Assembly: GCA_964016885.1 (NCBI GenBank)
Contig: OZ024743.1
Span: 235,228,001 to 235,292,000 of the forward strand
Direction: 5' to 3'
Length of the DNA stretch: 64,000 bases
From: Eledone cirrhosa
Taxonomy: Eukaryota
Shown here: piece by piece, positions 49,923 through 61,012 of the stretch
How positions within the stretch are numbered: the stretch's first letter is position 1
Layout: every line of letters begins with the position of its first letter
Made by a program: the position numbers and the translations under genes
Notes under the pieces: generated by a model
The model's input: only the letters and a program-made list of their open reading frames with translations
The model's database searches: none
What the model was told of the DNA's origin: nothing

Positions 49923-50535
49923 TGTAGTGACCTACATTCTGCGGGCTCACATACATTCTCTGTGCGTGATTTGACTCAGCTCAGCCAATCAGCGCCAGTA
50001 GAAGAGAATGTATCTCTACGCGCCCTGAGGGAAAAGTTCCTGTGTTGATTTGAAGAATCAGCCTCTCGCTTCCTGACTGTGAAAAGGTAAACAACTAACT
50101 TTCTTTTTTTCATATTCACACAACACTAGATCCTATTATTTTTTTCTCGGGGTCACCAATTATAACAGGACACTGGGTTGTATGTACAATATTTATTTAC
50201 GAAGATTGAGCTGAGTAGAGCTGAATAGCTGACATGCCAAGAGAGATGAAACAACGAATTAAGGAATTCAGGAGGCACGGTCTACTGACGGAAATGTTGC
50301 CAGGCCGTGGTTAAGTTGTTGTGTTACATGTTGGCTAGTGATTTTACGATGAAAGAAAGTTAGTTGTTTACCTTTTCACAGTCAGGAAGCGAGAAGCTGA
50401 CTCTTCAAATCAACGCGGGAACTTTTCCCTCAGGGCGCGTAGAGATACATTCTCTTCTACTGGCGCTGATTGGCTGAGCTGAGCCAAATCACGCACAGAG
50501 AATGTATGTGAGCCCGCGGAATGTAGGTCACTACA
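49923..50535 (-). mobile_element. LTR + tRNA-Trp PBS + inverted partial LTR forming a TIR-like unit with 4-bp TSD
   Basis: ~184-bp inverted arms (49923-50106 / 50352-50535), termini TGT..ACA, TSD TACG. PBS TGGTGACCCCGA on minus at 50147-50158. Confidence 0.8.
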
Positions 50536-51299
50536 TACGTGTCCACACATATGTACAACTGGTTATATATCACTGATGTATTGGTCGATTTAGATTTTAC
50601 TGTATTTTGTTGATGGTGTGTTAGGCGAAGAAATAAACTAAAGCAATTAGTGTTTGGCGATATTAAAAATGTTTCATTTTTTGAACTACCACAGTTTCAC
50701 CGCGCCACTCGAATTCATAAATTGTTCAATTTTATGAGACCACCTTTTACCATGTCATTCAGTGACTTCTTTTGCAAAATGATTTATTCGCCTTTCTGTA
50801 CACACTTCGGTTTTTACCTTTTGACACAGTCCACCACTAGTTTCCTCGAGGGGTTTACTGTTTTTACATATATCATACCCCTGGGTCACATTTAGCGAAA
50901 TGTTTTGTGTGCACTCTTTTTGATCGTTCAGATCAATTTTCTATGTGCAGCTTACTTTTTGCAAGCAAAAAGTTCTCGGGGGACTGATTGCTGGTCTTCT
51001 CAGTCTGGACAAGCTCCGCATTTCCATTTGCACTCCGAGTGGGAGCTGATGTCTGAGATGTCGCTGTAGTAGGTCCCTCAACTCCACATACCTCCATGGT
51101 TTGTCCTGCTGCCTGAATGCGATTACTAATTGGATTACTAATGAAAAATGTTATCACCAAATTGTATAAAATACCAATGTGGTGAACTTCAACTAATTAT
51201 TTACGGAAGATGTAAATTTTGTTTTCTTACTTTTCAAACACAGAATAAAAATGCTGTACCATTCCGTGGTCAATTATTATGAATATATTGCAGCCTGAT

Positions 51300-52260
51300 G
51301 GAAGTGAAAATGGTTCAAAGAGAGAAATCATTTTATTGTGAAATTTGTGATAAAAGAAGCTGGCAATTAAGTGAACATTTACGAACTCATACAGGAGAGA
51401 AACCACTGTGGAATTTGTGGAAAAGCATTTTCCTGTAATAGTAGTTTAAGGAGACATAGTTCATACAAGAGAAAGGCCATAGTTCATACAGGAGAAAGGC
51501 CATATGAATGTAAAATTTGTGGCAAATCATTTTCATTTGGCAGTAACTTAAGGAACCATATAATGACTCATGCAGGTACGAGCCCATATCAGTGTGAAAT
51601 TTGTGGCAAAACTTGTACATCTAATAGTAACTTAACAAAGCATGTAATGGTTCATACAGGAGAAAGGCCATTTAACTGTGAAATCTGTGGTAAATCATTT
51701 ATGTCCAGTAGTAACTTCAGAATGCACAAAATGCTTCATTCTGGGGACAGTCCATTTCAGTGTGAAATTTGTAGTAAATAATTTTCATCTAATTATAACT
51801 TAAACAAGCATATGACTGTTCATACAGGAGAGCAGCCATTTAACTGTGAAATCTGTGGTAAAGCATTCTCAAGAAAGTGTCATGTAACAAGACATAATTG
51901 TTTCTACTTTTGGCACAAGGCCAGCAATTACCCAGTACATTGCTGGTACTTTATTTTATCGACCTCTATGGATGAAAGGCAAAGTTAACCTCGGCGGGAT
52001 TTGAACTCAGATCGTAAAGGGACGTAACTATGCTGGAAAGCATATCAGACCCTCTACCGATACTGCCAATTCACAACAAGACATAATGTTGTTCACACAA
52101 CATTATGTGATAAGGCATTTTCAATCTGTGATAAGGCATTTTCATCCAATTATAATTTAAGCATCCATGTAATGGTTCATACAGGAGAGAAATCATTTAA
52201 CTGTGAAATCTGTGGTAAATCATTCTCAAGGAAAAGTCATGTGACTCGACATAATAAGTC
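51300..52260 (+). pseudogene. C2H2 zinc-finger pseudogene
   Basis: About 9 finger remnants with HTGERP linkers, frameshifts, a stop at 51779-51781, and a SINE inserted at 51899-52074 with 13-bp TSD aacaagacataat. Confidence 0.88.
51899..52074 (-). mobile_element. tRNA-derived SINE inserted in ZNF pseudogene
   Basis: TSD at 51886-51898 / 52075-52087. gatttgaactcaga B-box complement. Confidence 0.85.
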
Positions 52261-54719
52261 ATGTAACTAACTTGGAGTGAGTAATAACAGTGTAATATTT
52301 AAGGAACTACATTTTTCTGAGGATATTTATGGAAAAACCATATTCACCAAACAAAAAATAAACTATGAAATTTGTGATGAATATGTTGGAGAAATGGCCT
52401 CTTTGTTCTTTTCAAACAGTAATTTGGGGCGATTTTCTGTCGAATAAAGAATTATTTATAATTGTTATAAAATCAACTGTTTGATTTAAGAAGTATTGAG
52501 AAATTTGAGGTGTAGTCATCCCAACGCAAATGACCATAATAGTAGTTAATCACAGTCTTGAAATCTCCTAAATAGATGGAATTAGTCATCAACAGCTCTT
52601 TAGTATAGAGGCATCTGAGAGATGTGGGGTTTGATTCCTTGCAGGTGCCTCTGTCCATTTTTTCTTTTTTCAGGGGTACTTAACCCAAATTTCTCAACTA
52701 TTATTTATAGTGATTGACTATTATTATGGTCATTTGCATAAGGACACTTGCTGTTTTCCATGGCAATGCTTCTGCCATTTTGACAGCTGGGATATACCTC
52801 CTAGACAGGAGTGTAGAGTTTGCCTGTTCCCTTCCTTTTCCTTCATTATTTAACTGTGAAATGTAAATTTGTTTGCCTTGCCAGTCCTGTCCTAATCGTC
52901 ACTTTTATCAAGTGACATAAATCTATGATATTCTACCTACTCACACTCTGATCAAAAATCATTGGGTCAACCTATAGCTCACCCACAGATGCATCTACAC
53001 TCTACACTGGAGGATGAGAGAGAGGCTTCATGCTGTTGAACAAACTTGACCTGTTGCTAACCCCCTTCTGCTCATGTGATTTCATTCCCTCATTCTTCTG
53101 GCAAGGCCCCTATAACCCCATATGCCCTCCTCTCTCTTCCTTGATCTCAATATCATCTCATGCACCCTCACTCCATGTTGAAATCTCATCCACCTGAGCA
53201 GACATCACTCCCACTGTGATCTCAGCGCCAGAGTGCTGCTTGCATCCTCTCGTTTTCATCTGATGAGCCAATGAACCTACAGACGTCCAGGACATGACAC
53301 AGCATTCCATCCATGGAAATGTTATTTCGGGAATTCACAGTTGTTGCTGTTACCTTTTCCCAATGAGATGTGCTATGCACATTTGGAGGCTTGACCCTGA
53401 CCTGCATGGAGGCAGGCCTTCCTTCTTCCTCATATCACTGTGATACCATACATAAATGTCGCCATTCATACCTGAGTATCGCTGTCTGTGGTACTGACTC
53501 CTCAACTTATTCTGACTGGGATGACATATTTTATCAAAACACTGCCTTGATTGAGGCCTACTTGACCTATATGCCACACTGAAGAAGTGGTTCACATTTC
53601 ACTTATTACGCATCCGAGCAAACTGCAGTGCCATTGTTCATCAACGTGTCCACAGGGCACCACTCCAGGAATATTTCATGCAACACTCATGCTATTTCAT
53701 CTGCAATCTCCATCTTTATTTCCTTCCATATTGCCATCCACCCCTGGCTGCAGTGGACCATTGAGAGATACATTCCCTGCTGGTAGTGCATAACATCCTC
53801 TGTCAATCTTTTCCAGTTGTGTTCAACTGACACCTGTCGCAGCACCTGAATACTTTCTGAATGCTAGCATCACATCATAAGGTCCTGTTCTCCAATTTGG
53901 GCATGTACCAGCTTCCTTTTATTGGGTCCTCTAAACTTACTCTCTCCAGGATTTCCTGCATCATTGCCACCATCCTCTGCCTCCCTCTCCAAACTCACTG
54001 TCTGCTTATCCCTTGGAGTGGCTACATGTTGTTCAGACCCCCCCCCTCCTCACATTTGAGTGTTGGTCCACTCATCTCCCACTAAATTCCGCGGTCTCAT
54101 TCCCTCTCCAAAATATTAACGCACTCGCTTTGACTTTTTGCAGCTTGAGCCCCAGTGCAGTTCCCCCTTTATTATTTTATTCCTTGTGTAGTGAAATTAT
54201 CCCAAGTAAATCTGCAAATATGAAATGTAAACCCCCAAAATAGCTTAGCATCATAACTGAAATAGCTATGATGAAACCCATGTGCAAATCAAGCTGGCTT
54301 CGCTACCTTCTTAGGTTGCTAGTCTCTGGCTCCGTTGACAGTCAAACACCTGGCTGGAGCAACCACTGCTCATTAAGGCACTGCTGCAGCCAGGCCAGTA
54401 AATGTGTCATGTTCAAGGCAACATCTCTCAACCAACGTCTATGCATTCATACATTCTGTGGGGCTCGGGTGCCGTAAGTGCAGAGAAGGTCTTGCCAGAA
54501 TTTAGGGGCCAGTGATGTGACATTAGAGTTTATTGGCCTTTCACACTCTCTTTGGTCAGGACGCAGTACTGTGTGGATGTGCATGTTCATGAGGGCTATG
54601 ATTGTGGGTGAGAGACTGTATTTTTTTGGCTGGACAAGATATTACTACCCTCAATGATACAGGGCTGTTCTCTAGCATGCAGAGGCCCAGGCGTTACATC
54701 GAAGGGGAGCAAGGGAGAC

Positions 54720-54935
54720 ATGATGGATAACAGCACTATGTTTCACTCGGAGATACTGAAGGAGATGCTCAATAGGTGGAATGTGAGCCACTTCTTCAGA
54801 GCAGCGTACAGGCCGAATGGAAATAGGATCATGGAGAGACATCATCACATGATGAAGGCCATGGTGGAGAGGGAATACATTTCACCAATGGAGGCAGTGT
54901 TCTGGCACAACATGTCGCCTCAGGTGAAGCAGGCT
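54720..54935 (+). mobile_element. Gypsy-type integrase core fragment
   Basis: DNSTMFHS...WNVSHFFRAAYRPNGNRIMERHH resembles the rve D..(35)E region. Confidence 0.65.
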
Positions 54936-54963
54936 GTGGGTTGGTGTCACTTAATCAACAGGA

Positions 54964-56188
54964 GGCACTACCATGCTATTAGCTCTCAGAAGTGAAAGTT
55001 TCGTCAACCTTCTCAATCGTAAACATCGTTTATTTCCGTATTACCACGACTTCTGACAGCTAATACCATGAACTTAAATGAATTTTCGCCAACAGTGGAG
55101 TTACTTCTGACAGCTAATACAATGAACTATATTTTCATAGTCATGGTTATCAATGTAGAAAACAAGTCATTTTCACCAACAGTGGAGTTAACTTAAATGA
55201 AAATATAGGTGGCCCTTAAAAGGGCCAAATTAGAAAACAAATATATGGTTATCAAATTTTTTTCACCAACCCTATACATTTATGAAGAAATGTTTAGAAA
55301 ACAAATTTTTTTCACCAACCTTATTCAAAAGCATGGATACAGTTCACATGGAGACAAGAGACAGTCCCATGGAGACAATCCCCACCAATCAGCAACAATC
55401 ATCACCAACACCACCAACACCACGTGTAAATAAATAAACTTTAATCTTCACTTTGTGATAATACACGCATTTGCAAGTTGAAAAATATGAATTCTACAAT
55501 ATACCCAAGTGTTAATGGAATTAACTATCGCGATCTTTCCATCGCTACTGCTACTACAGCAGATACCATCAATTGGTTGAAAAATCATGGACTTCTGAAT
55601 ACACAAAAGGTCTGCCCTTTATGTGGTGAATGCATGTTGGAAGTAGCGAAAAAAATGGGACTGTCTCCATGGGGACTGTCTCCATGTGGACTGTATCCAT
55701 GCTTTTGAATAAGGTTGGTGAAAAAAATTTGATAACCATATATTTGTTTTCTAATTTGGCCCTTTTAAGAGCCACCTATATTTTCACTTAAGTTAACTCC
55801 ACTGTTGGTGAAAATGACTTGTTTTCTACATTGATAACCATGACTATGAAAATATAGTTCATGCTATTAGCTCAGAAGTAACTCCACTGCTGGTGAAAAT
55901 TCATTTAAGTTCATGGTATTAGCTGTCAGAAGTAACTCCACTGTTGGGAAAATGATTAAATCCAATTTATTTGATAACCATGACTTGTTTTCTAATTAAC
56001 TTAAATTTGTTTTCTAATTTGGCCCTTTTAAGGACCACCTATATTTTCATTTAAGTAACTCCACTTACATCGATCTGCTTTATTAAAATAACGCGTGGTA
56101 ATACGGAAATAAACGATGTTTACGATTGAGAAGGTTGACGAATGACGTCACCTTCGCCTACTTTCACTTCTGACAGCATGGTAGTGTC
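54964..56188 (+). mobile_element. Merlin-like DNA transposon, internally deleted, with long compound TIRs and transposase N-terminus
   Basis: Same GGCACTACCATGC termini as 346-921. Inverted arms of ~400 bp. Residual ORF MNSTIYP...WLKNHGLL...CPLCGECM at 55487-55655. Confidence 0.75.
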
Positions 56189-56419
56189 CTCTTATTTAAC
56201 CACTCTAAAATTCAAATTCTCCGTTTTCCTCTCTGATTTAAAATTATTATTTTACATGTTTTTAATATGTCTCAATCCGTTGAACCCTTCCTAAAAACTA
56301 AACTTCTCTTAAAGTCACCCATAAAGTCGTCTCAGTGTTTTAAACTTCTATTTATATCAGTTTAGAAGTCAAATTCTCCGTTTTCCTCTCGGATCTTCAA
56401 TTAATATTTTATATATTTT

Positions 56420-56807
56420 TAATATAGCAGCTAGATGTCCCTCAAATCACACTTTACTATCTTATATATCATGACATGCTAGAAATAGCAGCCAGATCCC
56501 CCTCAAATCACACCTTCTTGTCTTATATACCTTGACATGCTAGAAATGGCAGCCAGATCTCCTTCAAATCACCCTTTACTGTCTTATATGTCTTGACATG
56601 CTAAATATAGCAGCTAGATCTCCCTCAAATCCAATTTACTGTCTAATATATCTTGACATGCTAGAAAAAGCAGCCAGATCTCCCTCAAATCACACTTTAC
56701 TCTCTTATATATCTTGACATGTTAGCAATAGCATCTAGATCTCCCTCAAATCACACTTTACTATCTTATATATCTTGACATGCTAGAAATAGCAGCTAGA
56801 TCTCCCT
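56420..56807. repeat. 61-bp tandem satellite (~6.5 units), resuming at 63878-64000
   Basis: Unit atatcttgacatgctagaaatagcagctagatctccctcaaatcacactttactgtcttat; gacatg recurs at 56473, 56534, 56595, 56655, 56716 and 56777. Confidence 0.92.
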
Positions 56808-57082
56808 AGCCGGCCAAAATGGCGACAAGGAAGGTCGCTTGACCACGTCTTGACGAAACAAAATATAATATTTTCACCAAAAACTGCCCTTTAAACACAT
56901 GTCAGATGGATTACAATATTCATTATTACAATTACTTTCACTGTTCCCTGACAACTAGTACCAGTTTCAAGATAGAATTATCTTAACGAAGTATATATAA
57001 TTTGACTTGATTTTCGCCAACAAACCACGTGTGGACATGGACGGGGAAAAAAGGAAAAAAAACAAAACAAATCACTACATCC

Positions 57083-59210
57083 TGTAGCGGTTGTCTCCCT
57101 TGTTTTGATTAGGATCTAGACGGGAAGTGGAACCCTTTCTGCAACTTCCGGTCAGAGCCCTATAAAACTAACAACTTTAAGCTTCCTTTCTCTCTTTGCC
57201 TTTTCGGCACCAGGTCAAGAGCCTCTCATTTGGCTCTGCCATTAATTTGGCCAACAGGCGCCTGGCCTTAGCCAGGCGTCCTCTGCCAGCCGCGTTTGCC
57301 TGGCAATCAAAACGGTAACTACTAACTTTGCTTCATTCTAACATCATCCTCATCTTTGACATGTCAACTATACTATCTACCATTGTTAATTAAATATTAT
57401 ACACCAAACCATGTATTCCTTGTTACATTCATACAACCCAGTATTCTCGCTATATTGGTAACCCTAACGTGATACGAACACGCAGCCGTTCATCGCTATA
57501 AGTGGTCACCCCAAAAAAAGAAAAAAATAGCACATCTGGTTTCGTGTGAGTAACATTACGAATACACAGTAAATTTATCGACAAACTATGAAAATACTCA
57601 GTAAAAGAAACACACGCACACACGCACATGTGGAATTCGCACAGACAAACTTTTTCTCTCACGCATCAACTAACTGTCGCATTTCACCAATATATATATA
57701 TATATATATGTTTCTCGTTTCTTACAACGAACACTTTCAAAACAAAAAAAACAAAAAAACATTTCACGATATATATACATGTTTCTCGTTTCTTACAACG
57801 AACTCTTTCAAAAAAAAAAAAAAAAAAAAAAGAAATTTGATATTCTTCAAAAAACATTTCAACAGGAACATTTATTTTCGATGAACCATTGCATTTTTGT
57901 TCATCGTTTTGTTCATCGTTCAAGTTTTTTTTTTTTTCCCAAAGTTCACACCAATAATTATGCTGAGTGAAGCCTTTCTTTTTCATCATTGTCACTTTCA
58001 AAATTGCACTATCATTTTCTCGCGCGTTAGAAATATTATTTTTTTCAACCTTGTATTGGCACGTGTAGGCAGCACAAATTCTCGATTCACAGAGATGTCT
58101 CTACTCACAGACAGCCGCACGCTAGAGATAACATTTCTCACCAGGGATTCTTCAGCCTTAAGCTATATTCTTCTATTTGCCGGTTTATAAATTTACAATG
58201 TAAATTTACCGTTGATAACCGCGCATTTATTAAGAATGCTTATTTCTCTGGTCGCTGGCCTCTTGACCCTTCCAGGTCAACGCATTCTCAACATCGACCA
58301 TCAACTTCGGCTGCTATTTCTAGCACTTTGCGCAACTCATTTTTTCTAAAAAAATTTTTTTTACTGTGAATTTAAACACCGAATACGCTCACTCAGCGAG
58401 ACAACAGCAGCAGCAACAGCAATACATCAATACAGCTTCACCAAAGCCAGATAATTCATATTTGCAGCACTCTTCCTGTGAGAAAATCCATTCGGAGGTT
58501 GGAAATTTCACGATATACCACAGAACAGAAACCACCTGCATTCATTCTCTGGAACACACTTTCTTTCCTGCTGTCATGTGATTGCACACCTGTGAACTAT
58601 ATTTTGAACTTTGAGCTCTTCTATTACTTTTACTTTATTACATTGTATCTTTGGGTGATGGATAGATGGATGTCCAGTCGTTCTCTGGCCAAGAGCGGTT
58701 GGCTACCTTGATATCTATCATTGATTTTTCCAAACATTCTTTTGTCGTAATTTTCATGCCTGTTACAACATTCTCGCCAACTTGCTACATATTTTCATTT
58801 CGATTTTTATACACTAAAATTCTGGCGGGAGGTTATGTAGCGGTTGTCTCCCTTGTTTTGATTAGGATCTAGACGGGAAGTGGAACCCTTTCTGCAACTT
58901 CCGGTCAGAGCCCTATAAAACTAACAACTTTAAGCTTCCTTTCTCTCTTTGCCTTTACGGCACCAGGTCAAGAGCCTCTCATTGGGCTCCGCCATTAATT
59001 TGGCCAACAGGCGCCTGGCCTTAGCCAGGCGTCCTCTGCCAGCCGCGTTTGCCTGGCAATCAAAACGGTAACTACTAACTTTGCTTCATTCTAACATCAT
59101 CCTCATCTTTGACATGTCAAGTATACTATCTACCATTGTTAATTAAATATTATACACACAAACCATGTCTCGTTTTGTTACATTCATACAACCTCAGTAA
59201 TCTCGCTATA
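57083..59210 (+). mobile_element. Non-autonomous Gypsy-type LTR retrotransposon (TRIM/LARD-like)
   Basis: LTRs at 57083-57454 and 58836-59210 (TGTAGCG...CGCTATA), TSD ATCC. PBS TGGTAACCCTAACGTGAT matches tRNA-Trp 15/18. Purine tract ggcgggagg precedes the 3' LTR. No gag/pol seen. Confidence 0.9.
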
Positions 59211-59726
59211 ATCCCTTAAGGATCGCAGTAAGTACTCCACAAAACATATAAACAATAATATACACAGATTTATATACAGATACATACCATATGCATATAC
59301 ACACACGTGAAAAGAAACCACACTATTGCGTGTGAGACACTATACCGGCCAATTTTACCAATTTACATTGGTAAAATATTTCTTAACATTGACTTCGCTT
59401 CTAACCCACATACACCTTTTAATTATATATATATACTAGCAGCTGAAAGTTAATAATTTGAAAAAAATATGATTGAAAGTTTACTATAAAGAAGCAGTAT
59501 CAGGGGAAAAAAAAAACGTTATTTCGCTGTTAATAAACAACTGCCTTCTACAGTACGTTTCATTTAACTTACGCAGCATATTTATTTGTTTACATGCACA
59601 GACTCTTCTACACACACACAACATTTAGGAAAACGGAAACAAAATACACAAAAAAACAGACATTTTATTTCTATCGTAATCAAGTGCGCTAAACCTATAT
59701 TGTTTACATTCTGTGTTTTTCTACGG

Positions 59727-60953
59727 ATGGGTAGAAATAACAAAATTGCCATGGTGATATCTATCGATGAAATTTGCGACAAAACTGGTCGATGTCCAAA
59801 AATAGAACATTGCCCGGAAGATCACACCTGCCATATCTGTACGGAACCCGAAAACTCGTTCCGTAATCGTTGGGTCGAATGTGGAACCTGTCGCATCTCT
59901 GTCTGCCTTCAATGCGCCACAGGCTTCCGGAAGATCCCAGGCCAAAATAAGAAACATCATATTGCTACGATGGATAGACTCTGGGAGATGGTCCAGATAA
60001 CAAACTGATCCTTTCAGTGCCTGGACTGTATGCCTGCTTCTCCCATTGCTGCGGAACAACAAAGACCGAAGATCGTGTCTTCTACCATTGTTCCTGAACA
60101 ACAACAACAAAAACCGAGGATCGTGTCTTCCTCTACCATTGTCCCTGAACAACAGCAAAAACCAACGACCGTAGCTTCTGCTACTACCCCCGTTGAAGGA
60201 CTTCATCAACAACAGCAACCCATGTCTTCCTCACCCGTTACTTTTCAACAACAACAACCGACGACTGTGTCTTCTACCATGCCTGTTGAAGGAGAAGAAC
60301 AACAACAAAAACCGACCGTCAATACGGAGTTTGAGGAAATACGGCAAATGATTTCCGCTTTAAGTCAAGAAATAGCGGAAATAAAATCAAGCGTTCGTGT
60401 AGAACCCCACAATGAGGGATCTTACCGGAGTGCCTTGTTAAAAAATCTCCGCGTACCTCATGTTGAACCTAGACGCATTGAGAATGCCACTGAATCTGCA
60501 AACCACGAAGTGATTGCCATTGGTGTGCCGGAAGACATAGTTGATCTTCAGGCATTTGCTGCCAGTTCATCCAAAGACCTGGGCTGTGCTCCTGCAAAGG
60601 GTGCTCTACGCCTTGGCCGACCAGGCCCGAAACCCAGGTTAATTAGACTGTCGTTTTCAAACTCAGCTGAGGCACGTTCATACCTTGTAGCCTCTGATAA
60701 AGCTAGGCGCGAAAGTCGGATTGCTTTCCGAACACGTCCTGGTCTTCCACCTGATGTCCGCCCAAAGTTGCGTGCTGCAACTTCCCTAAACCGCAGCTCG
60801 GCAGAACATGAAAGCTTCAGCCTACGAGATGATGGGCAGATATGGAAGTTTGTTAAGGCTGGCGAATCATGGAAAAGAGACACCAGCTGGTCTGAAAACA
60901 CTGTACCCACAACAACTGACAATAAAGAAACTGAAAAAACTCTGGGAAACTAA
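59727..60953 (+). CDS. LINE ORF1 (PHD-like finger, Q-rich repeats, coiled coil, RRM-like region) with one in-frame TGA at 60006-60008
   Basis: CHIC...WVECGTCRISVCLQC...N*SFQCLDC; the two track ORFs are in the same frame. GVPE and RLGR..PRLIRL motifs are typical of CR1/L2-group ORF1. Confidence 0.75.
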
Positions 60954-61012
60954 ATCAGAACAACCTGCCATCCCCTGCACATAATCATAGACTGGAATCA
61001 AAGTACAAACTG

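Noticed and set aside
49923-50535. Plain Ginger-type MITE
   Set aside because: The internal PBS and homology to another LTR's U5 end indicate LTR origin; reported as a finding instead.
52640-54650. Higher-GC region upstream of the integrase fragment, possibly decayed Gypsy gag/pol
   Set aside because: No motif could be read with confidence; needs tBLASTx.
56420-56807. Possible CRISPR-like array
   Set aside because: Contiguous 61-bp tandem units with no unique spacers, no cas genes, eukaryotic context.
60006-60008. TGA in LINE ORF1 as selenocysteine or readthrough
   Set aside because: The position fits a Trp before the final CxxC of a PHD finger; a single TGG>TGA nonsense change is simpler.
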